Positions 37,461 through 45,548 of a stretch of DNA of 64,000 nucleotides are shown one piece after another. Origin of the DNA: Pirellulaceae bacterium. Its GTDB lineage: Bacteria > Planctomycetota > Planctomycetia > Pirellulales > Pirellulaceae. The notes beneath the pieces are model-generated. The model was not told the DNA's origin, did not search any database, and saw only the letters and a list, made by a program, of their open reading frames with translations. The position numbers and the translations under genes are program-made. The first letter of the stretch is position 1, and each line of letters opens with the position of its first letter. The stretch lies in assembly GCA_035513655.1 (NCBI GenBank), contig DATKBV010000479.1:1643-65642 (forward strand), in the 5' to 3' direction.

Positions 37461-38495
37461 GTGCAATTCCGGAATCAAGTGCCGACCATTCTCGGACTAC
37501 TCTTGGGCTGCTGCCCCGCATTGGCGAGTGCCCAGATCAATACCGGTTACTTCCCCGACGGAGCCCCATTGCCAGTCGTGGAACCATTTTATGATCCCGG
37601 TCCATTTACATCTGGCTGCTATCGAGATATTGGTCCCTGCTGGCTTGGTCAAGCGACTTTTGACCTGTTGCTGTTTAATCGATCCGCTGCCGAGTCACGC
37701 ACGATCGTCACCGAGACTGGGACCGGCGACCCGCTCTTGAACACAGCGGATCTTGGGTTTCCCGTGGCCGCTGGCTTCCGGTTTAACCTTGTATTCCCCG
37801 GTCACGATGGATGCGATCTCGTTTTCAATTATCTGGGTATCCAGTTCGAGAATTCTCGAGTGCATAGCGCGACGACTGCGAATTACGACTTCTTTGAGTT
37901 TCCAGCGCTCTCCCCCGCCACGAGCACGGATTTTCAAACATCGTACACATCGACGCTCCGGAGCGTTGAACTTGGCGGCCGTATTCGTCGGTGGAGCCGC
38001 TTTGCACCACTTGCGGGATTTCGTTTCATTCAGCTCGAAGACCAATTCGACCGCATGTCCGGCGATGCTTCGATGGATCTAGCGCTCAGCGAGACCGATA
38101 ATCAACTCTGGGGGTTCCAGATTGGCGGCGAGGCCCTGTTATGGGACGCGGGACCGGTTCGGCTCCAATCGACCGTGAAGGGAGGCGTTTTCTACAATAG
38201 TCTGAATCTGAGCACCGCTGGCGAAACCATCACTGCGGGCGCGACGATGATTGACCCAACGGCAGCTTTTTCGAGTGGTCACGTCGCTTTCTTTGGCGAG
38301 GTGAACCTCGAGCTGGCCTATCAAATCGGGCCTCAGTTCTCGATCCGAGCCGGCTACACCGCGATGTGGCTGGATGGCGTGGCCTTAGCACCGGATCAGT
38401 ACGACAACTTCAATCTGCAATCTGGAATCGGGACGTTCGATTACGGTACGGTCATGTACCACGGCACCTATGTCGGCCTCGAGTTGACGTGGTAG
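37461..38495 (+). CDS. outer-membrane beta-barrel protein (BBP7/Lpg1974-like)
   Basis: GTG 37461 is preceded by gggaggga and starts a signal peptide, (M)QFRNQVPTILGLLLGCCPALASA-Q. Amphipathic strands alternate through the protein. The C-terminal strand GTYVGLELTW ends in an aromatic residue. The upstream part of the listed ORF is not protein-like. Confidence 0.6.
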   Translation: MQFRNQVPTILGLLLGCCPALASAQINTGYFPDGAPLPVVEPFYDPGPFTSGCYRDIGPCWLGQATFDLLLFNRSAAESRTIVTETGTGDPLLNTADLGFPVAAGFRFNLVFPGHDGCDLVFNYLGIQFENSRVHSATTANYDFFEFPALSPATSTDFQTSYTSTLRSVELGGRIRRWSRFAPLAGFRFIQLEDQFDRMSGDASMDLALSETDNQLWGFQIGGEALLWDAGPVRLQSTVKGGVFYNSLNLSTAGETITAGATMIDPTAAFSSGHVAFFGEVNLELAYQIGPQFSIRAGYTAMWLDGVALAPDQYDNFNLQSGIGTFDYGTVMYHGTYVGLELTW

Positions 38496-38496
38496 A

Positions 38497-38669
38497 GCCC
38501 GGATTATTCATGACCAATGTAGGGTGCGTGGAGCAAGTCGATACCCACTGGTGCGTTACGTCGGCAAATCGATGGTTTTGCAGAGAACACTCTGTCCGGC
38601 GAGCGATACGACTTGCGCAACGCACCACTTGAAGAAAGCCGACTTCACGCACCCTACGGAGAATCCGGG
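38497..38669. repeat. MITE-like element with about 35-40-bp terminal inverted repeats in the convergent intergenic gap
   Basis: gcccggatt..gtagggtgcgtggag.. at the left end is the reverse complement of ..cgacttcacgcaccctac..aatccggg at the right end. No coding capacity was recognised. Confidence 0.6.
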
Positions 38670-38689
38670 TAGAGACGCCGCGTCGTGCT

Positions 38690-39937
38690 TTATGCGTCTG
38701 AATGAAGCGCCAGACGCACGAAGTTCAACGCTTGTTTGGTTGCCCGTTCTTTAAGAATGTCGGGATGTCCGGCGAAAGTCACCGACTTGGAGGCCACTTG
38801 ATCTCGAGTCGCGAACGCGAAGTGCAACTCCCCCGGCTCCACATCGGTGTTGTCGTGGCTGGGAAACGCACCGAGCGCCAATCCAAGATCCGTGTCAAAC
38901 TGTGTGCGGACGTGGCTCGCCATACGCCGAATGATATCGCCCTCATCGAGGGCAGTAGCGTCGTGCTGGATTTCTCCGAGCGCGGCGGCAAGTGCCGTAG
39001 GGTTGCGCACCACGATACCGCCGCGAAACACTTCGCTTTGCGGATCTGCCTCGGAAAGCCATTCGGCCAGCAGGCCGCCCGAGCCCCATTCGATCGTCGC
39101 GAGGCTTTCCGATCGTGTCTTGAGGAGCTTAACCACCGCCTGCTGCAATTCGTCGTTCGCTTCGCCAAAGATCAGCGTACCAAGACAGTCGCGAATCGTT
39201 GCGACCGTTGGTTGCATGGCCTCGATGCAGGCGGCCTCGTTTTCGGCCTCGGCGGTGATGCGCAGCGTGATCGTTGCTTTGTGGACCGTAATGCCGACCG
39301 ATGGCTGTCGACCGCGAGCAATCACGTCTGGCAGCATTTGTTCCAGGTCGCTCTCACCAACACCAAAGCACTTGATCTGATGATGCCGAATCACTCGCAA
39401 ACCACCCGTCATCTCCTGCAGCGCCGGACTTACGGTTTGCTCCCACATCTCCCGCATCTCCGCGGGAACGCCTGGCAGAGCAAACAGGCGGCACGGAGTT
39501 CGGCCCTTGCGCTCGTATCGCAGATCGATGCCGGGTGCGGTGCCGTGCGGATTCGGGATCGCGCGACTGCCGCGTGGAAACATAGCCTGGATCGTATTGC
39601 GCTCTGGCATCTCCCGTTTTCTCCGCGCGAACATCGACCGGATACGAGCGAGTGACTCGTCATCCAGCACCAACTCGACGCCAATTGCTTCAGCGATGCC
39701 CTGGCGAGTGAGATCATCCGCCGTTGGACCCAATCCACCTGTACAGACAATGATGTCCGAGCGATCGAAAGCTTCGCGAAACACACGCACATTCGCCGCC
39801 AGATCGTCGCCCACCGTCGAGTGATAGAGTGTGCGAAGGCCGAGTTCGCCGAGCCGCTGGCTGAGCCATTGGGTGTTCGTGTCCAGCCGCTCGCCACTAG
39901 TTAGCTCGTCGCCGATGGCAATAATCTCCGCGTGCAT
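38690..39937 (-). CDS. cinA: CinA family protein (MoCF-binding domain plus nicotinamide-nucleotide amidohydrolase PncC domain)
   Basis: MHAEIIAIGDELTSGERLDTNTQWLSQRL ... VCTGGLGPTADDLT matches the family. The product is about 415 aa from ATG 39937. Confidence 0.9.
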   Translation of the reverse strand: MHAEIIAIGDELTSGERLDTNTQWLSQRLGELGLRTLYHSTVGDDLAANVRVFREAFDRSDIIVCTGGLGPTADDLTRQGIAEAIGVELVLDDESLARIRSMFARRKREMPERNTIQAMFPRGSRAIPNPHGTAPGIDLRYERKGRTPCRLFALPGVPAEMREMWEQTVSPALQEMTGGLRVIRHHQIKCFGVGESDLEQMLPDVIARGRQPSVGITVHKATITLRITAEAENEAACIEAMQPTVATIRDCLGTLIFGEANDELQQAVVKLLKTRSESLATIEWGSGGLLAEWLSEADPQSEVFRGGIVVRNPTALAAALGEIQHDATALDEGDIIRRMASHVRTQFDTDLGLALGAFPSHDNTDVEPGELHFAFATRDQVASKSVTFAGHPDILKERATKQALNFVRLALHSDA

Positions 39938-39945
39938 ACACTGTC

Positions 39946-40794
39946 TCAAGCTGATGAATCGATGCTGGAAATAAGTGAACTGAGAATCTCGTAGGCTCGT
40001 CGAGCAACGGCCGGGGCGTCGTGACTATGACGACTCAACTCGACGTGCAAGCCACCGGTATAATCGATCTCACGGAATGCTCTCAGAATCGGCTCGAACT
40101 CGATCTCGCCTTCGCCGAACATCAAGTGGTCATGAACGCCAGCGCGCATGTCCTCGATATGCACATTGACGATCTGATGTCGCCACTGTCTGACTTGGTC
40201 ATCGATCGGAGTTTCGCCAAGGCAGTGCAGGTGTCCGATGTCGAGAGTTAGCTGAAAGCATTCGCAATCGATCCGCTCGCGTAACTGCTCGAATCGTTCC
40301 ATCGTATCGATGAGCATACCAGGTTCTGGCTCGAAGCCAATTGTCACGCCAAGGTCCGTGGCGTATTTGAGTACGGGCACCAGGCTAGTCGCCAAACGCT
40401 CGAAGGCCGCTACGTCCCCGATGTCGTCCCGCAGGATGCCCGACCACAGCGAGACACAGTCGCTCTTCAAGGCCGCTGCGATTTCGATCGCACGCCGCAG
40501 AAAATCTATTCGTCGTTCTCGCGCTGCGCGATCGCCGGAGAGCAATGTTGGCTCATGTTTCGTGCGTGGGTCGAGCAAAAATCTCGCGCCCGTTTCGATG
40601 ACGGTACGCATGTTGTGCTGCCGAAGGCAATTCGCGGCCGCGATCAACTCTTCGGCCGGACTTGCCGAGTACGGGTTCAGCGAGTGGTGGTCGAGGGTGA
40701 TGGCAGCGCTTCGATAACCGATCTCGGCCAGCACTTCGATTGCATCGAGCAAGCCGTGATGAGCAAAGCCGTTCGTGTTGTAGCCGAGCAGCAT
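39946..40794 (-). CDS. sugar phosphate isomerase/epimerase (xylose isomerase-like TIM barrel)
   Basis: MLLGYNTNGFAHH..., ...FEPEPGMLID and LDIGHLHC are typical AP_endonuc_2 fold motifs. Confidence 0.8.
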   Translation of the reverse strand: MLLGYNTNGFAHHGLLDAIEVLAEIGYRSAAITLDHHSLNPYSASPAEELIAAANCLRQHNMRTVIETGARFLLDPRTKHEPTLLSGDRAARERRIDFLRRAIEIAAALKSDCVSLWSGILRDDIGDVAAFERLATSLVPVLKYATDLGVTIGFEPEPGMLIDTMERFEQLRERIDCECFQLTLDIGHLHCLGETPIDDQVRQWRHQIVNVHIEDMRAGVHDHLMFGEGEIEFEPILRAFREIDYTGGLHVELSRHSHDAPAVARRAYEILSSLISSIDSSA

Positions 40795-40835
40795 GTGGTT
40801 CCTGACACCTTTGTTTCAGGGATGTCTGACTTACC

Positions 40836-41819
40836 TCACGTCGAATAGACCCACTTGCCGAGTAGTAAAGTTGGCACCAACAATGCCAAAATGCCAACGG
40901 CATACGGCCAGTCCGCCATGAGTAGTGCGACCGAGGCGTCTAAGACAATCAGCGATAAGATGCTTTGTTTGACAGCGGATTGAACTTGCTGGGGAGTTGG
41001 ATTGGCGACCGCGCTCAGGCAGCGACGCAAGATCGTCACCGTCAGCAAGAAGATCGCCATCGGCCAGACGAAAGTCGGCTCAATATGAAATTGTTTCGCC
41101 ACTTCGGCCGATGCGAACTTGGGAAAAAACGCCAGCATCATCACACCCGCCGCCATCAAGCCGACCCCGAACATAAGCAGCATGCGGCTACTCTCCTTGG
41201 CCTCCGTACGTGCAAACCACGTCACTCCCGTGATATAGACGCCGATGCCACCGGCCACAACGAAGTGGCTCGTGTCGAAGTGAAGCGGCGTGATGTCTCC
41301 TGTCGCGGCAAAACTCATCCCCAACAGCACATTGAAGAACCGGCACGCTCCCATCGCAAAAGGGCCAAGCAGTGTCTTCTTTAGTATTTTGTCGTAGGCG
41401 ACGACGCTCACCGCGATCAGCAGTGCGACCACCCCGCTCCGCCATGCGAGCGAAGCGGGCATTGTCGCGATCAGACTTACGCACGATGCCAGCAACACGC
41501 CACCGGCCAGCATCCCATAACCGAGCAACTGTGCTCGACCTCGCGTAATCCTGCCGGACGGCAATGGTCGCGACGGACGCTCTTGCAGATCGACGTCGAA
41601 GTCATAAACGTCGTTTAATATCATGCCCGCGGTGTACAACAAACACGATGCGACCGCTAAACAGACGAAGCCACCAACTGGCTCCAGCGAACCGGCGACA
41701 AAGACAAATCCCATCGCCACGTCGGCGATGGCCGTAAAGACATTGGGCGCGCGAAAGAGTTGAAGATAGGCGAGCAGCGTGGAAGAGTCCGCCGAAGTGT
41801 CTTCATTCGCGCCGCTCAT
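40836..41819 (-). CDS. UbiA-family aromatic/isoprenoid prenyltransferase
   Basis: The Asp-rich motif is NDVYDFDVDLQERPSRPLPSGRI. There are about 8-9 TM segments. The product is 327 aa. Confidence 0.85.
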   Translation of the reverse strand: MSGANEDTSADSSTLLAYLQLFRAPNVFTAIADVAMGFVFVAGSLEPVGGFVCLAVASCLLYTAGMILNDVYDFDVDLQERPSRPLPSGRITRGRAQLLGYGMLAGGVLLASCVSLIATMPASLAWRSGVVALLIAVSVVAYDKILKKTLLGPFAMGACRFFNVLLGMSFAATGDITPLHFDTSHFVVAGGIGVYITGVTWFARTEAKESSRMLLMFGVGLMAAGVMMLAFFPKFASAEVAKQFHIEPTFVWPMAIFLLTVTILRRCLSAVANPTPQQVQSAVKQSILSLIVLDASVALLMADWPYAVGILALLVPTLLLGKWVYST

Positions 41820-41842
41820 TTACCCGATATCCGATATAGTTG

Positions 41843-42703
41843 CTACTCGACCGTGATTCCCAAATCTTGCATCGCGGCCGTCAAGTATTCGCGAGCCTCG
41901 CGTGCTGCGTCATCGGGGTTGTCGATATACGGATACAACTCGACCGTGATCCAGCCGTCGTAGCCGGTCTTGTCAATCGCCTGCAGCGTGGCCTTAAAGT
42001 CGATCGCTCCGTGCCCTGGAATCAAATGCTTGTGAACGCGGGTCGAGGCAATGTCTTCGAAGTGGTAATGCTTCGTGTAAGGTGCCATTTTCGCAATCCA
42101 GTCCTGCGGGTCTTCGTTGACACAGTAAGCATGTCCCACGTCAAAATTCAGGCCGACCCACGGCGAATCGATGCGTTCCGCGAACTCCAGATACTCGTCG
42201 AACTTCTCGATCATCAACTCAGGCTCAGGCTCGATCAGCAGCAGAACCTCTAACTGCTCCGCGACTTGGACACACGGCATGATCTCGTCATAGAAGATGT
42301 TCGCCGCATCTTTCCACGACTGTTCGGCCGTCAGCAGACCGCCTGGTTCCGTCGTGACGTTTGGGGCGCCGATCTCTTTCGCCAGTTGGAGCGATCGCTT
42401 CGTGTGCTCTCGCCGAATGGCTCGATAATGTGGATCCGGATCGGTCCAACCGGGATGCCAATACGGCTGCCGCGGATCGTTCACCGCGTTCATCATGAAG
42501 GCGTTGATATTGGCGATTTGCAGGTTGTACTTTTCGAGGTGATCTCGAATCGACTGCTTTCGTTCTTCGAGCAAGAACGAAGGCCAAGCGTGAGGCACAT
42601 CGGCCAGAATCTCGATTCCGGTGTATCCAAGCTCCCCGATCTTGCGGATCGTGTCCTCGATCGAGAAGTGCATATAGGCATTGCTACTGAAAGCGAGCTT
42701 CAT
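41843..42703 (-). CDS. sugar phosphate isomerase/epimerase (xylose isomerase-like TIM barrel)
   Basis: MKLAFSSNAYMHFS..., LLIEPEPELMIE and NFDVGHAYC match the fold. This is the first gene of the minus-strand operon. Confidence 0.8.
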   Translation of the reverse strand: MKLAFSSNAYMHFSIEDTIRKIGELGYTGIEILADVPHAWPSFLLEERKQSIRDHLEKYNLQIANINAFMMNAVNDPRQPYWHPGWTDPDPHYRAIRREHTKRSLQLAKEIGAPNVTTEPGGLLTAEQSWKDAANIFYDEIMPCVQVAEQLEVLLLIEPEPELMIEKFDEYLEFAERIDSPWVGLNFDVGHAYCVNEDPQDWIAKMAPYTKHYHFEDIASTRVHKHLIPGHGAIDFKATLQAIDKTGYDGWITVELYPYIDNPDDAAREAREYLTAAMQDLGITVE

Positions 42704-42954
42704 GGGGATCTGGCTCGTATCTGCTAACGATTTCGTGAATAGTGCAAGCGACTAAGTTTAGCCTCCGCGGCGATGACCGAGAAGACGCGGCAGGGGCACG
42801 GAAGACCACAGCGCGACACGCGCACCCACGAAATTCAGGCAGTCACGCCACGATCCCCGGAGATTCGCTTGCCAAATCGCGCCGAATGTGCGAGTCTAAC
42901 TTGGGTTCAGGGGAATTGGTCTCGGTGGCCGCCAGGCGGTCGAGGAGGCTTTTG

Positions 42955-44697
42955 ATGTTGTTGATTTCGTCGGTTCAAGCGTTTTGCCTTCGTTTCCGTT
43001 TTGCATTCGTCGCCTGTTTGTACTTGCAAGCGCTGCCGTGTGCCGCGCAAGACACGGACGTGGCGGGCACAATTCGCGCACATCTCGACGCCGGCGAGTT
43101 CGGGCTGGCGCAAGATCTTGCCGATTCGGCGAACACACCGCGGCAACGCGATGCTTTCGCGAGGTCGATTGTCGCGGCGCAAGCAGCCTCGGGCATGTTT
43201 CAGGCTTCTTTGGCAAATGCATCAACGATCCACAGCGATTCCGAGCGTGCGGAAGCTTTTGGCGAGCTGATGCGCACGCCGGTTGGTGGCGCGCCTTCGC
43301 GAGGTGGCGCGGCGCTGGCCGATTTTGACTCGCTCATCTCGTTGATCGAGTCGACGATTTCCCCAGACAGCTGGGATACGCTCGGCGGCCCAGGTGCCGT
43401 GGAATCATTTCCGGGCGGTGTCTTCGTCGATGCGAGCGGGCTCTTGAAGCGAGTTGCCATCGACGATGCAACTGCTGGTTCTTTGAAGGCGGCTCGCGAG
43501 GGAGCGAAGGTCGCGTCAGGAGCGATTGACATTCGTCGTGCGTCGGCGCTCCGCAAGGTGTCGCTGACCCAACTCGAACGCGAGCTACAAGCGCTCTGGG
43601 CTGCTGGTCGAAATCCAGATGATGCCATGTTCAATCTAGCCGGGCTCCGGAGAGTCAAGTACATCTTCGTCTTTCCTGACAGTCGCGACATCGTGCTGGC
43701 TGGGCCGGCGGGCGATTGGACGACCGATGTCGAAGGTCGATCGGTCAGCACATCGGATGGCACCCCGATCCTGCAACTCGATGATTTCGTCGTGACACTT
43801 CGGAACGCGTATGAAAATGACGGACGCTTTGGATGCTCGATTACGCCCACGAAGGATAGCTTGGCGAGCGTTCAAACTTATTTACAGGAATCGGCGAAAA
43901 AGTCCTTGAAACCATCGCAGCGCAACGAGTGGCTTGACGGGCTTCGGACGCGACTTGGCAGGCAAGACGTATCGGTCTTTGGCATCGACGCGCGGACTCG
44001 AACTGCACAGATCCTTGTCGAGGCGGATTACCGCATGAAACTGATCGGGATGGGTTTGGAACCAGGCACGCTGGGCGTCACGAGTTATCTCGATAGCATC
44101 GAAGTCCCGGAAGGTGGCTCGCCTCCCGCAACGACGGTGTTGCGATGGTGGTTTACCTTGAATTACGAGGCGGTGCGTTCGACGAAAGCTGGCGATGCGT
44201 TTTCGATTCACGGGCCTGGAGCCAAGGTATTAAGCGAGAATGAACTCCTTACCGAGCGTGGCGAACGCATTCACACCGGCGAGTCAGAGACGTTGAACAG
44301 CCAATTCGCGCAGAGGTTTACCAAACACTTTGAGGACTTGTCAAAGAGGTATCCGATCTATGCGGAACTCCGTAATGTTTTCGATCTCGCAATAGTTGCG
44401 GCAGTTCTCAAGTCGCAAGATCTGCCCGGCCGCGTGGACTGGGAGATGGCTCATTGGCTCGACGAATCGCAGTATCGGATGAAACGAGGCACAGCGCCTC
44501 GCGTCGTCGAAACGGTGATGAACCACCGCATCATTGACCGCAAGCATGTTGTCGTCGGCGTGAGTGGTGGAGTCTCGGCGGATGCCCAGAACCTGCTGCA
44601 ATTGTGTCCGATTGAGATCGACACGTACGGTCAGCTCGACGGAGATCGCGCGAACGCCGCGCCCCCAGAAAACAAGAGACGTTGGTGGTGGGATTAG
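42955..44697 (+). CDS. secreted DUF1598-like protein
   Basis: GGAGG lies 6 nt before ATG 42955, followed by the signal-like MLLISSVQAFCLRFRFAFVACLYLQALPCAAQ. ADFDSLISLIESTISPDSWDTLGGPGAV is a motif I associate with planctomycete DUF1598-type proteins. Confidence 0.6.
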   Translation: MLLISSVQAFCLRFRFAFVACLYLQALPCAAQDTDVAGTIRAHLDAGEFGLAQDLADSANTPRQRDAFARSIVAAQAASGMFQASLANASTIHSDSERAEAFGELMRTPVGGAPSRGGAALADFDSLISLIESTISPDSWDTLGGPGAVESFPGGVFVDASGLLKRVAIDDATAGSLKAAREGAKVASGAIDIRRASALRKVSLTQLERELQALWAAGRNPDDAMFNLAGLRRVKYIFVFPDSRDIVLAGPAGDWTTDVEGRSVSTSDGTPILQLDDFVVTLRNAYENDGRFGCSITPTKDSLASVQTYLQESAKKSLKPSQRNEWLDGLRTRLGRQDVSVFGIDARTRTAQILVEADYRMKLIGMGLEPGTLGVTSYLDSIEVPEGGSPPATTVLRWWFTLNYEAVRSTKAGDAFSIHGPGAKVLSENELLTERGERIHTGESETLNSQFAQRFTKHFEDLSKRYPIYAELRNVFDLAIVAAVLKSQDLPGRVDWEMAHWLDESQYRMKRGTAPRVVETVMNHRIIDRKHVVVGVSGGVSADAQNLLQLCPIEIDTYGQLDGDRANAAPPENKRRWWWD

Positions 44698-45512
44698 TTG
44701 CGAACTATCGATTGCCGCATCGAATTGGGCAGGTGAGGACCGACGATACGTTGCACCTGGTCATGCAGGATGCCATTCGATGCCAGCAGATCCGTAGTGC
44801 GTAACGGCAATGGTTTGCCGAGAGAAGTCGTCACCCGGCCGCCCGCTTCTTCGACGAATAAAATGCCGGCGGCGAAATCCCACGGGTTCAATTGATACTC
44901 GAAATAGGCACCGAACAAGCCACAACCGACTTGTGCCAAATCCAACGCAGCGGTCCCGAACCGGCGAATCCCGTGGATCTGCGCATGGAACAGATCGCGC
45001 ACGGCGTCAAGTGTCGCTTCCATCATCTCGCCGCGGTCGTAGTAGAAGCCGACGCTTACCAATACTTTGTCGAGCGTCTCCGAGTTACAAACACTCACCC
45101 GCTTTCCGTTATGAAAAGCGCCTTCCCCGGCTGTCGCTTCGTACCAATCGTCGCGACTCGGATTGAAGACGACGCCGCATTTTGGATCGCCTCGATAATA
45201 GTAGGCGATTGACACTGCGAAATGCGGGATGCCGTGAACGAAGTTATTCGTGCCATCCAGTGGATCGACGACCCAGAGGTGCTCCGATGCCGCGTCGTCA
45301 TGATGCGACTCTTCTCCGAGAATCGCGTGAGCGGGGAACTCACGCCGGATCACCTCGACGATGGCCTGCTCCGCTTCGACATCGGCAATGGAGACCAGGT
45401 TGTACGTCTCGGTGTCGTTCTTATGCTCAACGATCACACCCGTTCGAAAGTACTTTGCCAATACTTCGCCGCCGGCCCGTGCCGCTTCACCGGCCGTCTT
45501 TAGTTCGCGCAT
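44694..45512 (-). CDS. suhB: inositol monophosphatase family protein
   Basis: ILGEES and WVVDPLDGTNNFVHG are IMPase signatures. The product is 272 aa. Confidence 0.9.
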   Translation of the reverse strand: MRELKTAGEAARAGGEVLAKYFRTGVIVEHKNDTETYNLVSIADVEAEQAIVEVIRREFPAHAILGEESHHDDAASEHLWVVDPLDGTNNFVHGIPHFAVSIAYYYRGDPKCGVVFNPSRDDWYEATAGEGAFHNGKRVSVCNSETLDKVLVSVGFYYDRGEMMEATLDAVRDLFHAQIHGIRRFGTAALDLAQVGCGLFGAYFEYQLNPWDFAAGILFVEEAGGRVTTSLGKPLPLRTTDLLASNGILHDQVQRIVGPHLPNSMRQSIVRN

Positions 45513-45548
45513 TCTCTTGTCCGGGTTTTTCCGTTTCCAGGCGACCGA

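Noticed and set aside
39946-42703. An ebo (eustigmatophyte/bacterial operon) cluster, because of the UbiA plus TIM-barrel adjacency.
   Set aside because: The other ebo hallmarks (TatD-like hydrolase, 3-dehydroquinate-synthase-like EboD, phosphodiesterase EboF, EboA) are absent from the window.
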